This document shows positions 35,598-43,524 of a DNA stretch of 64,000 nt, one piece after another (the first letter of the stretch is position 1; each line of letters starts with the position of its first letter). The notes beneath the pieces are model-generated. The model was not told the origin of the DNA, made no database searches, and was given only the letters and a program-made list of their open reading frames with translations. The position numbers and the translations under genes are program-made. The DNA comes from a virus, in IMG/VR virus record IMGVR_UViG_3300037311_000355, one strand, 5' to 3'.

Positions 35598-35605
35598 AAA
35601 GATTG
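35598..35605 (-). promoter_or_regulatory. putative late-promoter motif CAATCTTT
   Basis: 27 nt upstream of the ATG at 35570. Confidence 0.55.
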
Positions 35606-35646
35606 CTCGCGAACACAAAAACCATAAAAACATGATAATAAAAAAT

Positions 35647-35823
35647 ATGGCGGAATTTTTATCTTTTTTGGTGTCTTTTTTGGTAGTACTAGTGGTTTCC
35701 GATACCGCGCTTTTTTCTTTAAAAGCTAGGAAATCCGGATTTATCGCATACGCGCTCGCTGCCGCATCCATTGGACTGTCTGGTGTGGGTTTGTTTTTTT
35801 CAATCCTAAGGACTCTGCAATGA
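35647..35823 (+). CDS. small two-TM membrane protein
   Basis: Two hydrophobic segments; ATGA overlap. Confidence 0.55.
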   Translation: MAEFLSFLVSFLVVLVVSDTALFSLKARKSGFIAYALAAASIGLSGVGLFFSILRTLQ

Positions 35824-36335
35824 CTGGTTTTAAAAAAAACGCCAAATATATGGCCTGGGCGCTTACCAAGGCTGGGTCTCCGTTCCACTATCGCAAGCAT
35901 TTCCTGGCATGCCCAAACCTTAGTTGGGGTTTGCTGAATTGGGAAGCCGATCTGGCGGTATTTACGAAGTCGGGCTTTTTGTGGGAAATAGAGATAAAAA
36001 TAAGCGAATCTGATTGGAAGCAAGACCAAAACAAGCAAAAGTGGACGTATATGGATCGCTGGCGGGACCGAGGAGATCTGACCCCTAAGCGCTTCTATTA
36101 CGCCGCGCCTCAGGGGCTTGCCGAACGCTGGTCGGAAATAGGCATTCCGGAATGGGCGGGAGTGGTTTCCGTTGAAGAAAGCCGGGGCAGGGTTAAGGCT
36201 AAAATTATTAAAGAGTGCAAAGACAACGGTGGCGCAAGGAAAGCCACGGAATCCGAGCTGTTAAGGGCGGCTCGGCTGTCAAGCATGAGATATTGGTCGG
36301 AAAACGCCAAAAAACTGGAAAAGGAGTCGTCGTGA
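35820..36335 (+). CDS. MmcB-like PD-(D/E)xK family protein
   Basis: WEADL.V...G.LWEIEIKIS.SDWKQD..K...PKRFYYAAP. Confidence 0.75.
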   Translation: MTGFKKNAKYMAWALTKAGSPFHYRKHFLACPNLSWGLLNWEADLAVFTKSGFLWEIEIKISESDWKQDQNKQKWTYMDRWRDRGDLTPKRFYYAAPQGLAERWSEIGIPEWAGVVSVEESRGRVKAKIIKECKDNGGARKATESELLRAARLSSMRYWSENAKKLEKESS

Positions 36336-36667
36336 AAACAATCAAATCATGGTCGCAGGACATACACAGGCTTTCGCTGGAAAAGGGTTGGTACGATCCC
36401 AGCAACCCCGAACGCACAGCCTTAGAGTTTCACATGCTTTTCGTGTCAGAAATCGCTGAGGCCACGGAGGCCGTCAGAACCAACAGTCCTTCGTTTTTTG
36501 TCTCCGATTCCGGAAAGCCAGAGGGAGAGCGGGTCGAACTCGCCGACGCCGTCATTAGAATCATGGATTACTTTGAAAGCCGGGGCTGGGATTTGGAAAC
36601 GGTTATGGCGGCCAAGCACGACTACAACAAGACCCGGCCTTACCGACATGGCGGAAAAACAAAATGA
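36332..36667 (+). CDS. MazG-like nucleotide pyrophosphohydrolase
   Basis: KGW..., SEIAEATEA.R, ELADAVIRIMD, K..YNKTRPYRHGGK; GTG start with AAGGAG SD. Confidence 0.85.
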   Translation: MKTIKSWSQDIHRLSLEKGWYDPSNPERTALEFHMLFVSEIAEATEAVRTNSPSFFVSDSGKPEGERVELADAVIRIMDYFESRGWDLETVMAAKHDYNKTRPYRHGGKTK

Positions 36668-36819
36668 AATCGCTGTCTTATTTCGTGTCTAATCTTGTAA
36701 AGGCGGCTATTTTGTCCGCGGGTCTGGTTATCATAGGCGCTTCCGTCCTCGTGGTGGCGGGAATAGTAGCCGGTGTCATGGACAAGGTGCTCGGGCACCA
36801 CGATCTCATGGGTTGGTGA
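36664..36819 (+). CDS. small membrane protein, 51 aa
   Basis: Manual translation; ATGA overlap; long hydrophobic segment. Confidence 0.5.
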   Translation: MKSLSYFVSNLVKAAILSAGLVIIGASVLVVAGIVAGVMDKVLGHHDLMGW

Positions 36820-36848
36820 TTGACAGCTGAGGTTTTTTGCTGTATCTT
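36820..36848 (+). promoter_or_regulatory. sigma70-type promoter, leaderless geometry (TTGACA-17-TATCTT-6-ATG)
   Basis: Read directly. Confidence 0.6.
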
Positions 36849-36854
36849 TTAGGT

Positions 36855-37040
36855 ATGGTAAAAATCACAAAGCTTAATTCGGAGTTCATTGCATCGGTAA
36901 AAAACAGGCTTGAGTCTGAAATCCGTGCCGCGGAGGTATTGTTTTTGTCGCCTTCGCAGGCTCGTGCGCAAGCGTTTACGCTTTCCGACATACAAAAACT
37001 ACTTTCTATTTTGGAGACCTCAGATGTCAATGCCGGATGA
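36855..37040 (+). CDS. small hypothetical protein
   Basis: Start revised to 36855 from promoter geometry. Confidence 0.55.
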   Translation: MVKITKLNSEFIASVKNRLESEIRAAEVLFLSPSQARAQAFTLSDIQKLLSILETSDVNAG

Positions 37041-37290
37041 GAAGCGACGGGCGCTGGCGTACACACAGGGTTTTCTTTACGCCTTACTAGACCCAAAACT
37101 AACCCCTGGTGTGAATTCAGAGATTCGCAGGACGGCCGCGCGTTGCCTTAGGCACTATCCTTCGGAACCCATGATTCCCGAATCCCAGGAACTCGGGCCT
37201 CCGCAGAGCTGGGACGACTATCGCAGCAGTATTAAATTTATGTCCGAACACAAAATGGTGCCGGAAAAAAGGCAGGGGCGAAACAAATGA
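37024..37290 (+). CDS. BPSL0761-like conserved phage protein
   Basis: MPDE..RAL...Q.FLY.LLDPK.TP.V..EIR..A.RCLRHYP; GGAG SD. Confidence 0.7.
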   Translation: MSMPDEKRRALAYTQGFLYALLDPKLTPGVNSEIRRTAARCLRHYPSEPMIPESQELGPPQSWDDYRSSIKFMSEHKMVPEKRQGRNK

Positions 37291-37350
37291 TTTTGTTACC
37301 GTTTTTGCCCACAGAGAGTCCTGAAATCGTTTTGTTCGAGGGCGGCTCAA

Positions 37351-38448
37351 ATGCCTGATCAAAATCCCTACAAAGAGCTTTTAAAGCTGAAACGCTTTGT
37401 TGCGAAAAAAATAAAAACAACCAAATTTGGGTGCGAATACACGTTTTTACCGGCGACGTCGGCGGCAAAGGGTCTTTTGCGCGAACTAGAAAACTCTTAT
37501 ACTCTTTTACGAGAAGATAGCCAGGGTGTTAAAAAGCTGAAAAGCGTGTTTCCTCACGCCTACGAAGACGACGGATGTCTGGAGATACCAACTAAACCAG
37601 TCAGAGGTGTGCCGGCGGCGATAAAAAATTACAACAAAGCAGTTTCTTACGCGCGTAAAATCGGATTTTTACCATATATGGAGTCCGTGGATAAAAAAGG
37701 GAACCTTATTGAGCTCGGGCGCGGCGGCGGGCACGTGCACATAGAATCTCCGCTTTCCTGGCAACAAACACAAGAACTGGCGTTGTTAATAAATCTTTTT
37801 TTGTGCGCGCATCCGGCTTTGGTCTGGGGGTTTTCAGACTGGAGCGACGACCAAAACGCGATGCTATTGGCTTCGGACCCCCTAAACATGACGCGCGCGC
37901 TGTCTGGTTTTTTTGCAGACAAAATACAAAATAACAACGCCGGCCTTGAGGACTTAAGCATTGATACCAAAACCATGTGTGTGGTGCCTAGGCGACTTGA
38001 AATAAAAAAAGGTCAGCCAAAGTATACAATTGAATTCAGATTTTTTGACATGCCGTATCTAGGTTCCAAACAAGCCCGCGACCACTTAATTACGGCCGCA
38101 ACGATTTTTTGGACCATATATGCGGCACAACACAACGTGATCAAAAGCAAATACATGTCATTTTTTAAATATTTATCTAAGGAAGGAATAGCAGAGCGTG
38201 TCTTTGAACGACTGTCGCTTTGTTTTTATCCCCTCGACGCTCATCGTGCTTTTATCGAGCAACAAAAAAAGGCCAGGGAAATAAAAAAACAACTACTCAC
38301 ATTTCAAACCGATGAACAAGCCGGACGTAACATGGAAGCCGTGCAAAACGAAATGTTTTTAGGTTTCTTACCCGACCTAGGTATCCCGCTTTCCGAGCAT
38401 TTTTTTACAAACCTAGCCACCAGGATTAGGCACGGCAAGCTGGTCTAG
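37351..38448 (+). CDS. putative amidoligase (COOH-NH2 ligase / glutamine-synthetase-GCL fold)
   Basis: FGCEYT, DDGCLEIPT, GGGHVHI, TIEFRFFD motifs. Confidence 0.7.
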   Translation: MPDQNPYKELLKLKRFVAKKIKTTKFGCEYTFLPATSAAKGLLRELENSYTLLREDSQGVKKLKSVFPHAYEDDGCLEIPTKPVRGVPAAIKNYNKAVSYARKIGFLPYMESVDKKGNLIELGRGGGHVHIESPLSWQQTQELALLINLFLCAHPALVWGFSDWSDDQNAMLLASDPLNMTRALSGFFADKIQNNNAGLEDLSIDTKTMCVVPRRLEIKKGQPKYTIEFRFFDMPYLGSKQARDHLITAATIFWTIYAAQHNVIKSKYMSFFKYLSKEGIAERVFERLSLCFYPLDAHRAFIEQQKKAREIKKQLLTFQTDEQAGRNMEAVQNEMFLGFLPDLGIPLSEHFFTNLATRIRHGKLV

Positions 38449-38846
38449 ATATCTTCGCCGACAACAGGCGGGGGCTCGTCTTCGAATACGCGAGTTTTTC
38501 CTCTGGGTTTTTTAGCCGTTTTGCTAGCACCAGCCCTGGCTTTTTCCCGCGCCTCGCGTTCTTCGCGCTCGATGAACTCCTGAAGCAGCCTTTCCTCGTT
38601 TTCGTCGTAGTCTGGATCGGCGATTTTGGCAAGGTGCTCTTCTAGGTCTCCGTTTTCCTCCAGCTGCGAGGCGCGCTCTTCGAAATACGCGGAAACCACG
38701 AGTTCGGGGTCGAGATTAAATACCTGATGAAGGGGTGTGAAAAAAGTCTTGCTGTAAAACCTACATATTTGGCGGTAGTACGCTGACTCGTCGGGGTCGG
38801 CGACGTTTGCAAATGCGATTTCCGCGTATTTCTTGTACTCGATCAT
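38445..38846 (-). CDS. putative tail assembly chaperone, second gene
   Basis: YYRQICRFYSKTFFTPLHQV..L; coupled (ATGA) to 38843; inference from the pair architecture. Confidence 0.45.
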   Translation of the reverse strand: MIEYKKYAEIAFANVADPDESAYYRQICRFYSKTFFTPLHQVFNLDPELVVSAYFEERASQLEENGDLEEHLAKIADPDYDENEERLLQEFIEREEREAREKARAGASKTAKKPRGKTRVFEDEPPPVVGEDI

Positions 38847-39325
38847 TCCATTTCTCGGATTTCTTTGTTTATGGCGTCGTCGGCTTTTCTTTTTTCAACA
38901 ACGGCCTTTATTCGATTTACGGCCTCTTCGTGTTTTTTTGTTAGTCTTTCCCGGTACGCTAGCTCGGCCTCCATGCTGGCCTGTAAAACTAGATTGATGA
39001 CCTCGACGTCAAGAATGTGTCCGCCGCCGAATCTCGAACCCTGTTGGAACCAAAACGGCGGCGCCTCGATCACACGCTGTCGGAGCTGAGATAGGGCAAA
39101 AGCAAAGCTTTCCTCTTCTGTCGTGGCCTGAGAGGAATTCGGCCCAAGAAGCTCCCTATAGTCTCTGCCGGCCTCTATGACTTGAAGAGGGGTGAGCGCA
39201 CATCTGAACTTAAAAGTGCCCATATAAGACTGCCCTATGGCCGATACGTGATTGAGATCCCATTCGGCTTCGGAACCCGAGAACTTAAAACTTTCGTTGG
39301 TAATCATTGACACCTCAGAATCCAT
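38843..39325 (-). CDS. putative tail assembly chaperone
   Basis: Y.GTFKFRC.LT...GRDYR.LLG...A.AL..L...IEAPPFW pattern; acidic, helical. Confidence 0.5.
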   Translation of the reverse strand: MDSEVSMITNESFKFSGSEAEWDLNHVSAIGQSYMGTFKFRCALTPLQVIEAGRDYRELLGPNSSQATTEEESFAFALSQLRQRVIEAPPFWFQQGSRFGGGHILDVEVINLVLQASMEAELAYRERLTKKHEEAVNRIKAVVEKRKADDAINKEIREME

Positions 39326-39369
39326 ATATCACGGGTCGTGGTTAAGGAAAATAAAATCTACGCTGTGGG

Positions 39370-39377
39370 CAATCTTT
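39370..39377 (+). promoter_or_regulatory. putative late-promoter motif CAATCTTT (plus strand)
   Basis: 26 nt upstream of the plus-strand ATG at 39404, so the motif follows gene orientation. Confidence 0.55.
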
Positions 39378-39403
39378 TAAGTTGAGAACAAAGAGAGCCA
39401 AAC

Positions 39404-39769
39404 ATGGAAATCCAAGACCTACAAATAGTCATTCCCGCGGCTTCGGCCGCAACCGCCCTGGCCGGCGTCGCAGGCGCGTGGTTTAAGGCAAAAAAAGACA
39501 TAAAAGCTGAAATCGCCAAGGATATTCAGGCCTTAAAAGACCATTACAAAGCCGAGCACGAAAAAGTCGATCTGCGCCTCGACGCGGTGCGAAATGAAAT
39601 CCTCGGATTGGAAAAAAAAGTCGAGCGTGACATCGAACACGTAAGGATGACCTACAACAGTGAGGTAAGAAACCTGACCGAAAAGGTCGAAGGCCTACGC
39701 GAAGAGGTAAGACAGCATCACGGCCAGCTTTTGGGCTTGCTTGCCAAGCTCGTCAGTAGCGAAGACTAG
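39404..39769 (+). CDS. N-terminal TM + coiled-coil protein (holin/antiholin-like)
   Basis: One hydrophobic helix followed by a long coiled coil. Confidence 0.5.
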   Translation: MEIQDLQIVIPAASAATALAGVAGAWFKAKKDIKAEIAKDIQALKDHYKAEHEKVDLRLDAVRNEILGLEKKVERDIEHVRMTYNSEVRNLTEKVEGLREEVRQHHGQLLGLLAKLVSSED

Positions 39770-40035
39770 TCCCTAGGTACTCCAGGGTAGCCGTCAAAGG
39801 CGTTCTGCGAGGAGCCCGGGCATCTGACCTCGTCGAGCCCTATGAGGTCCTGGGGCCTAACGGTTACCGCTTTTTGTGCCTGTCCCGGCGGCCAATAGAT
39901 CGCGTTTCCGTCGGCGTCGGCGACGTAGATAACCACGGCGCCGGTTTTGTCTGCGTAACACGTGTTGCTGGCCACGGGAGGCGCGACGCAAGACACGAGG
40001 GTCATCAGTGCCGCGAGCACAAAAAGCGCTCTCAT
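39766..40035 (-). CDS. small lipoprotein
   Basis: MRALFVLAALMTLVS-C lipobox-like signal; GGAG SD. Confidence 0.65.
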   Translation of the reverse strand: MRALFVLAALMTLVSCVAPPVASNTCYADKTGAVVIYVADADGNAIYWPPGQAQKAVTVRPQDLIGLDEVRCPGSSQNAFDGYPGVPRD

Positions 40036-40036
40036 G

Positions 40037-40357
40037 TTAGGCTCCCCTTAGGGCTTTGGCAGCCTTTTTAGCCTGTCTTTCCTGAGACTTCTGCATTTCT
40101 TCCATGGTTTCTACTTTGGCGTCAAATCTTTTGACTCCCACGGGACGAAAGACGGTGTTTTTTTCTGAAAAGTTGTCAACGACAGAAACCACGCGGCCGT
40201 CGTCGGCGAAAAGATTGTGATTTACGCCAACGATTTCCTGGAGTTCCTGAGTTAGCTCGTCGATTTCGTCGTAAAACGGTTTAACGGCCTCCAGGGCGTC
40301 TTTTAGTTCTACGATTCGGTTTACGATTTGCCGCACGTCTTTGGTTTCGTCTTTCAT
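40037..40357 (-). CDS. hypothetical coiled-coil protein
   Basis: GGAG SD; clean ORF. Confidence 0.7.
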   Translation of the reverse strand: MKDETKDVRQIVNRIVELKDALEAVKPFYDEIDELTQELQEIVGVNHNLFADDGRVVSVVDNFSEKNTVFRPVGVKRFDAKVETMEEMQKSQERQAKKAAKALRGA

Positions 40358-40528
40358 TTTTGTTCTCCGTTGTTGTTAACAATTTAACAGTTTTTTCCAA
40401 ACTAGTCAACTGATTTCTGAACAGCTCGCCCACGGCCCCCGACATATTGATGTTGGGGCGCGTCAGCGCTATCATGGCCATGAGATGCGGGAGGTCTGAT
40501 TTTTGATACATTTGGGTCTCCGGTTGGG

Positions 40529-40903
40529 TTACCGTTGGCTTTCTCGTCTCGCCGACACCGGCGTTGAGTGAGCAAACGTGTTTAAACGCACGAGGATGGC
40601 TTCCATTGCGTTTTTGGGCATATCTGGGGTTTCTACCGGATTGTCTTCGTAGCCTAGCGCGTAGCCAATCCTGGCGAGGCTGACGGGGATTTGAGACGCT
40701 AGCTTATAACCGCCTCCCGACCTCCCTCGTCTGGAAAGTAAAATCCCGGCAGCGACGAGCTTGGCGCAAATCGACTGGATAAAGACCTTGGTGGTGTTGG
40801 ATTCCAGTGCGAGGTCCTGCGAGGAAACAAAAACGTCTCCTCGGAGAGCAATAGACTCTAAAACCGAAACCGCGATTCTCACATCTTTGTTAATTCTTAA
40901 CAT
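40529..40903 (-). CDS. Rrf2-family winged-helix regulator lacking the Fe-S cysteine triad
   Basis: VSSQDLA......FIQSI.AKL..AGIL.S.RGRSGGGYKLA; GAGG SD. Confidence 0.8.
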   Translation of the reverse strand: MLRINKDVRIAVSVLESIALRGDVFVSSQDLALESNTTKVFIQSICAKLVAAGILLSRRGRSGGGYKLASQIPVSLARIGYALGYEDNPVETPDMPKNAMEAILVRLNTFAHSTPVSARRESQR

Positions 40904-40904
40904 T

Positions 40905-41114
40905 TCAATCCTCCGTTTTTATCACCCCAACCGCTATTTCCAGGTAGTCGGTGGGAACCAGTTTTGTTTTATCGCCGAATACAACAGCAGCCATCGAGCA
41001 AGGCCGGCCCAGCCACACGCCTTCTTTGATTTCACGCACCTCATAGGTGCGACCCAAAACCGCGCCTCTGAACCTGTGCTTGAAAACCGCGACAGCTGTT
41101 ACTTTTTCCGCCAT
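40905..41114 (-). CDS. small hypothetical protein
   Basis: Start revised to the ATG at 41114. Confidence 0.5.
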   Translation of the reverse strand: MAEKVTAVAVFKHRFRGAVLGRTYEVREIKEGVWLGRPCSMAAVVFGDKTKLVPTDYLEIAVGVIKTED

Positions 41115-41124
41115 TTTTCCGCCA

Positions 41125-41343
41125 TTATTCCGTTGCGGAGAAAATAAACGTGCCCCAGTTACCAAAATGCGCGCGTCGGTGCCCGTTGGCGGTCATCGAA
41201 GACACCGCGGCCTCCAATTGCTCGAAGTCGATTTCCAGGGCCTCATAGGCGATTCGACAGCAATCCGAGAAGCTGCCGGCAAAAACCTGGCGTCCATTGG
41301 CCTTAAGAACGAATCCGGATTCGGTTTCCAAGAGGTCTGCCAT
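41125..41343 (-). CDS. small hypothetical protein
   Basis: AGGAG SD; promoter TTGACC-17-TATCCT at 41391-41363. Confidence 0.65.
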   Translation of the reverse strand: MADLLETESGFVLKANGRQVFAGSFSDCCRIAYEALEIDFEQLEAAVSSMTANGHRRAHFGNWGTFIFSATE

Positions 41344-41362
41344 AGTAGGTTCTCCTGAATCC

Positions 41363-41391
41363 AGGATAGCAAAACCCGGTCTTTGGGTCAA
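41363..41391 (-). promoter_or_regulatory. sigma70-type promoter with leader (TTGACC-17-TATCCT)
   Basis: Read directly; likely drives the small-gene/Rrf2 operon. Confidence 0.6.
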
Positions 41392-41521
41392 CAAAAAAAT
41401 AATTTAAAAAAGTTGTCACGAAAACGAAAAATTGTGATACAAAGTAATATAAATAGAGGCGTCGCGATGCTTATATTTAGAAAAGAAATTTCCCAATAAA
41501 ATCAAGGGTCTGTGAGCCAAA

Positions 41522-41794
41522 ATGGAAGCGTTGAAAATTTTCCTCGGAATCCTGTCCGGATTTAAGAAATCCATTGTCATAACCATTACCCTGGCTCTGG
41601 GCATGTTTTTGCTGGTCAAGGGCTTCATAAACGGCGAACAGTTCGTCGACCTCCTCAAGGACTCCCTAATCGCCTATATTTCGCTTTCCGGTGTGGAAAC
41701 CGTGTCTGCGACGGCGGCGAAATGGGTGGCAACCCGTGCCACGAAGGAAATCGACGGCATCGATGACTCTTTGCAGGGGGACACCGACAAATGA
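41522..41794 (+). CDS. holin-like membrane protein
   Basis: Two hydrophobic segments, charged C-terminus; first gene of a coupled cassette. Confidence 0.55.
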   Translation: MEALKIFLGILSGFKKSIVITITLALGMFLLVKGFINGEQFVDLLKDSLIAYISLSGVETVSATAAKWVATRATKEIDGIDDSLQGDTDK

Positions 41795-42078
41795 CAGCAG
41801 CGCTGCAATCGCTTTGGAAAAACGATAAAGTAAGGTTTTTACTGTGGTTTATTCCGCTGGTGTGTTTGGCACTTATGGCCGTGTTTATTCCAGGCATCAG
41901 GGAAATCCTGGCCAGGAGCGCGCAACGCATCGTAGACGCCGCGCAACGGAAATCGGATCGCCTGCAATCCGAGGCTGGAAGGGCCGACATGAACGCCAGG
42001 GAAGCGGTTTCCAAGGCCGACGGCTATCGCAGGCTCCACGACAACACGGAAGGCGATGAAAATTGGCACCTAAAATGA
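41791..42078 (+). CDS. spanin-like protein (N-terminal TM + coiled coil)
   Basis: TM FLLWFIPLVCLALMAVFIPGI followed by a helical region; ATGA overlaps. Confidence 0.45.
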   Translation: MTAALQSLWKNDKVRFLLWFIPLVCLALMAVFIPGIREILARSAQRIVDAAQRKSDRLQSEAGRADMNAREAVSKADGYRRLHDNTEGDENWHLK

Positions 42079-42458
42079 AGGCCCTAGCCGCCCTTGTATT
42101 GATGTTTTGCACCCCCCAGCTAGGGTGGGGTAGCTGTGAGTTTAAAACCGGCGTAAAAGCCAATCCTGACGGCTCCTACACGTATTCCCGGGAGTGCCAT
42201 ATAGAGGTAGGCCTGATACGCGAGCGTCTCCAGTATAAAACCGCGGAGGCCGACGAGCTTCGCCGGGCCGTAGAACTCAAAGACCTCGCGTATAAAAGCC
42301 AGGCCCAGGACACCGCCAATTGGATGCTGGCCGCGCAAAAAACCAACGACAGATTGCAGTCTTATCAAAATTTTAACATTCTTAACCAGGTGCTGTTTTT
42401 CGGCGCCGGCGTGGGCCTAACCGTGTTATCGGTGTGGGCAGCCGGTCAGCTGAGATAA
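42075..42458 (+). CDS. secreted/membrane protein with signal peptide, coiled coil and C-terminal TM (spanin-like)
   Basis: Start revised to 42075; hydrophobic segments at both ends. Confidence 0.5.
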   Translation: MKALAALVLMFCTPQLGWGSCEFKTGVKANPDGSYTYSRECHIEVGLIRERLQYKTAEADELRRAVELKDLAYKSQAQDTANWMLAAQKTNDRLQSYQNFNILNQVLFFGAGVGLTVLSVWAAGQLR

Positions 42459-42459
42459 C

Positions 42460-42488
42460 TTGACTCCACGGGTTAGGTATGGTAGATT
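42460..42488 (+). promoter_or_regulatory. sigma70-type promoter, leaderless geometry (TTGACT-17-TAGATT-6-ATG)
   Basis: Read directly. Confidence 0.6.
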
Positions 42489-42494
42489 TGATTT

Positions 42495-43061
42495 ATGGAC
42501 ATGCTAACCATCTTGATCGCCGCCGCCAAACAAGCCCAGGTCCCCGCAGCCCTGCTTATCGCGATTTGCAGCCACGAAACCAAGATCAACAACGTCGTGG
42601 TTAAAAACGACGGCAACGGCGACAGCATTGGTTATTGCATGGTCAAGCACACCACGGCACAGATGATGGGCTACAAAGGCAAGGCCTACGGAAAGCTTAG
42701 GAAAAGCAAGTTGTTTCCCGGCAGCGTCTACGAAGCCGTTGGCGCCCCCGAAGGTCTCATGGACCCCGAAACCAACGCCAGGTACGCGGCTTTGTATTTG
42801 AAGAAACAATACGACCGCTACGGCGGCGACTTTTGCATGGCCGCCGCCGCCTATAACGCCGGCAAGTTCATGCCTAGTCGCAAAAACGCCAGACAGCCCG
42901 CGAACCGCAAATACGTGGATAAAATCATCTCTGTAATAGGCGACACTCCGGAAATCCGCGATCTCTTCAATTGCAGGCACTCACGGAAGCCAGCGAAAGC
43001 CAAACACGCCGAGATCGAAATAGATTTCCTGATTCGATCTATGTCGTCTGCAAAGCAGTAA
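42495..43061 (+). CDS. SLT-family lytic transglycosylase (possible endolysin)
   Basis: AICSHET catalytic Glu, SIGYCMVK..TA, L.DPETNARYAA.YL, AAAAYNAG. Confidence 0.85.
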   Translation: MDMLTILIAAAKQAQVPAALLIAICSHETKINNVVVKNDGNGDSIGYCMVKHTTAQMMGYKGKAYGKLRKSKLFPGSVYEAVGAPEGLMDPETNARYAALYLKKQYDRYGGDFCMAAAAYNAGKFMPSRKNARQPANRKYVDKIISVIGDTPEIRDLFNCRHSRKPAKAKHAEIEIDFLIRSMSSAKQ

Positions 43062-43524
43062 TAGCAGACTCTATGTCGGCCGGAGTCAGCAAATCTAGGT
43101 CTTTTTCTATTTTCGCGCCTTTGATTACTAGTATTTCGCCAATGAGTTCCGAACAGTTAATACCTGATTTCCACGGGTTATGCCTAAGGCGAAAAATATG
43201 GGCTAGCACGATACCGAGGTTTTGCGCGAATCCATAAGACACGCCGGCCTGATCGATACACCATGTCATGGTTTTTTTATAAACGTGGTCGGAAACCAGA
43301 AACTCATAGGATCCCAGCTCCCGGCTTTGTTTTTGCCACATTTTTGATCCCACGAATCTAACGCCGCCAAAAATGGCCTCGTAAATCACAGACCTGCCTG
43401 TAAGTGAGGAATCAAAACCCAGATATACGTGTGAATACGGCTTTTTAATCCAAAGCCTGATCAGCCAACTAAATACGGGAAACATTTTTTTCGGACGCGA
43501 GAATCCAATTCTTATGGTTTTCAT
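43039..43524 (-). CDS. permuted papain-like (YiiX/YebB-type NlpC/P60) amidase/peptidase
   Basis: His before Cys: PYSHVYL ... GVSYG ... INCSELI. Confidence 0.75.
   Translation of the reverse strand: MKTIRIGFSRPKKMFPVFSWLIRLWIKKPYSHVYLGFDSSLTGRSVIYEAIFGGVRFVGSKMWQKQSRELGSYEFLVSDHVYKKTMTWCIDQAGVSYGFAQNLGIVLAHIFRLRHNPWKSGINCSELIGEILVIKGAKIEKDLDLLTPADIESAITALQTT

Noticed and set aside
38843-38945. Programmed -1 frameshift between the two putative tail-chaperone genes
   Set aside because: The only clean slippery heptamer (A-AAA-AAA, about 38935) leads to a -1 frame stop before the second ORF; an ordinary ATGA coupled start explains the junction.
40281-40511. 76-aa minus-strand ORF between the Rrf2 gene and 40037..40357
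   Set aside because: Overlaps the next gene by 77 nt, with no clear SD or motif; possible but unsupported.
41448-41455. T4 late promoter TATAAATA
   Set aside because: Single occurrence noticed, in a very AT-rich intergenic stretch; virion genes use a different motif.
21200-43000. tRNA genes, integrase/att sites, transposases, introns or inteins
   Set aside because: No cloverleaf or T-loop (GTTCRA) context, recombinase motifs, terminal inverted repeats or splice-junction motifs were recognised by eye; tRNAscan-SE and Infernal would be needed to exclude them formally.
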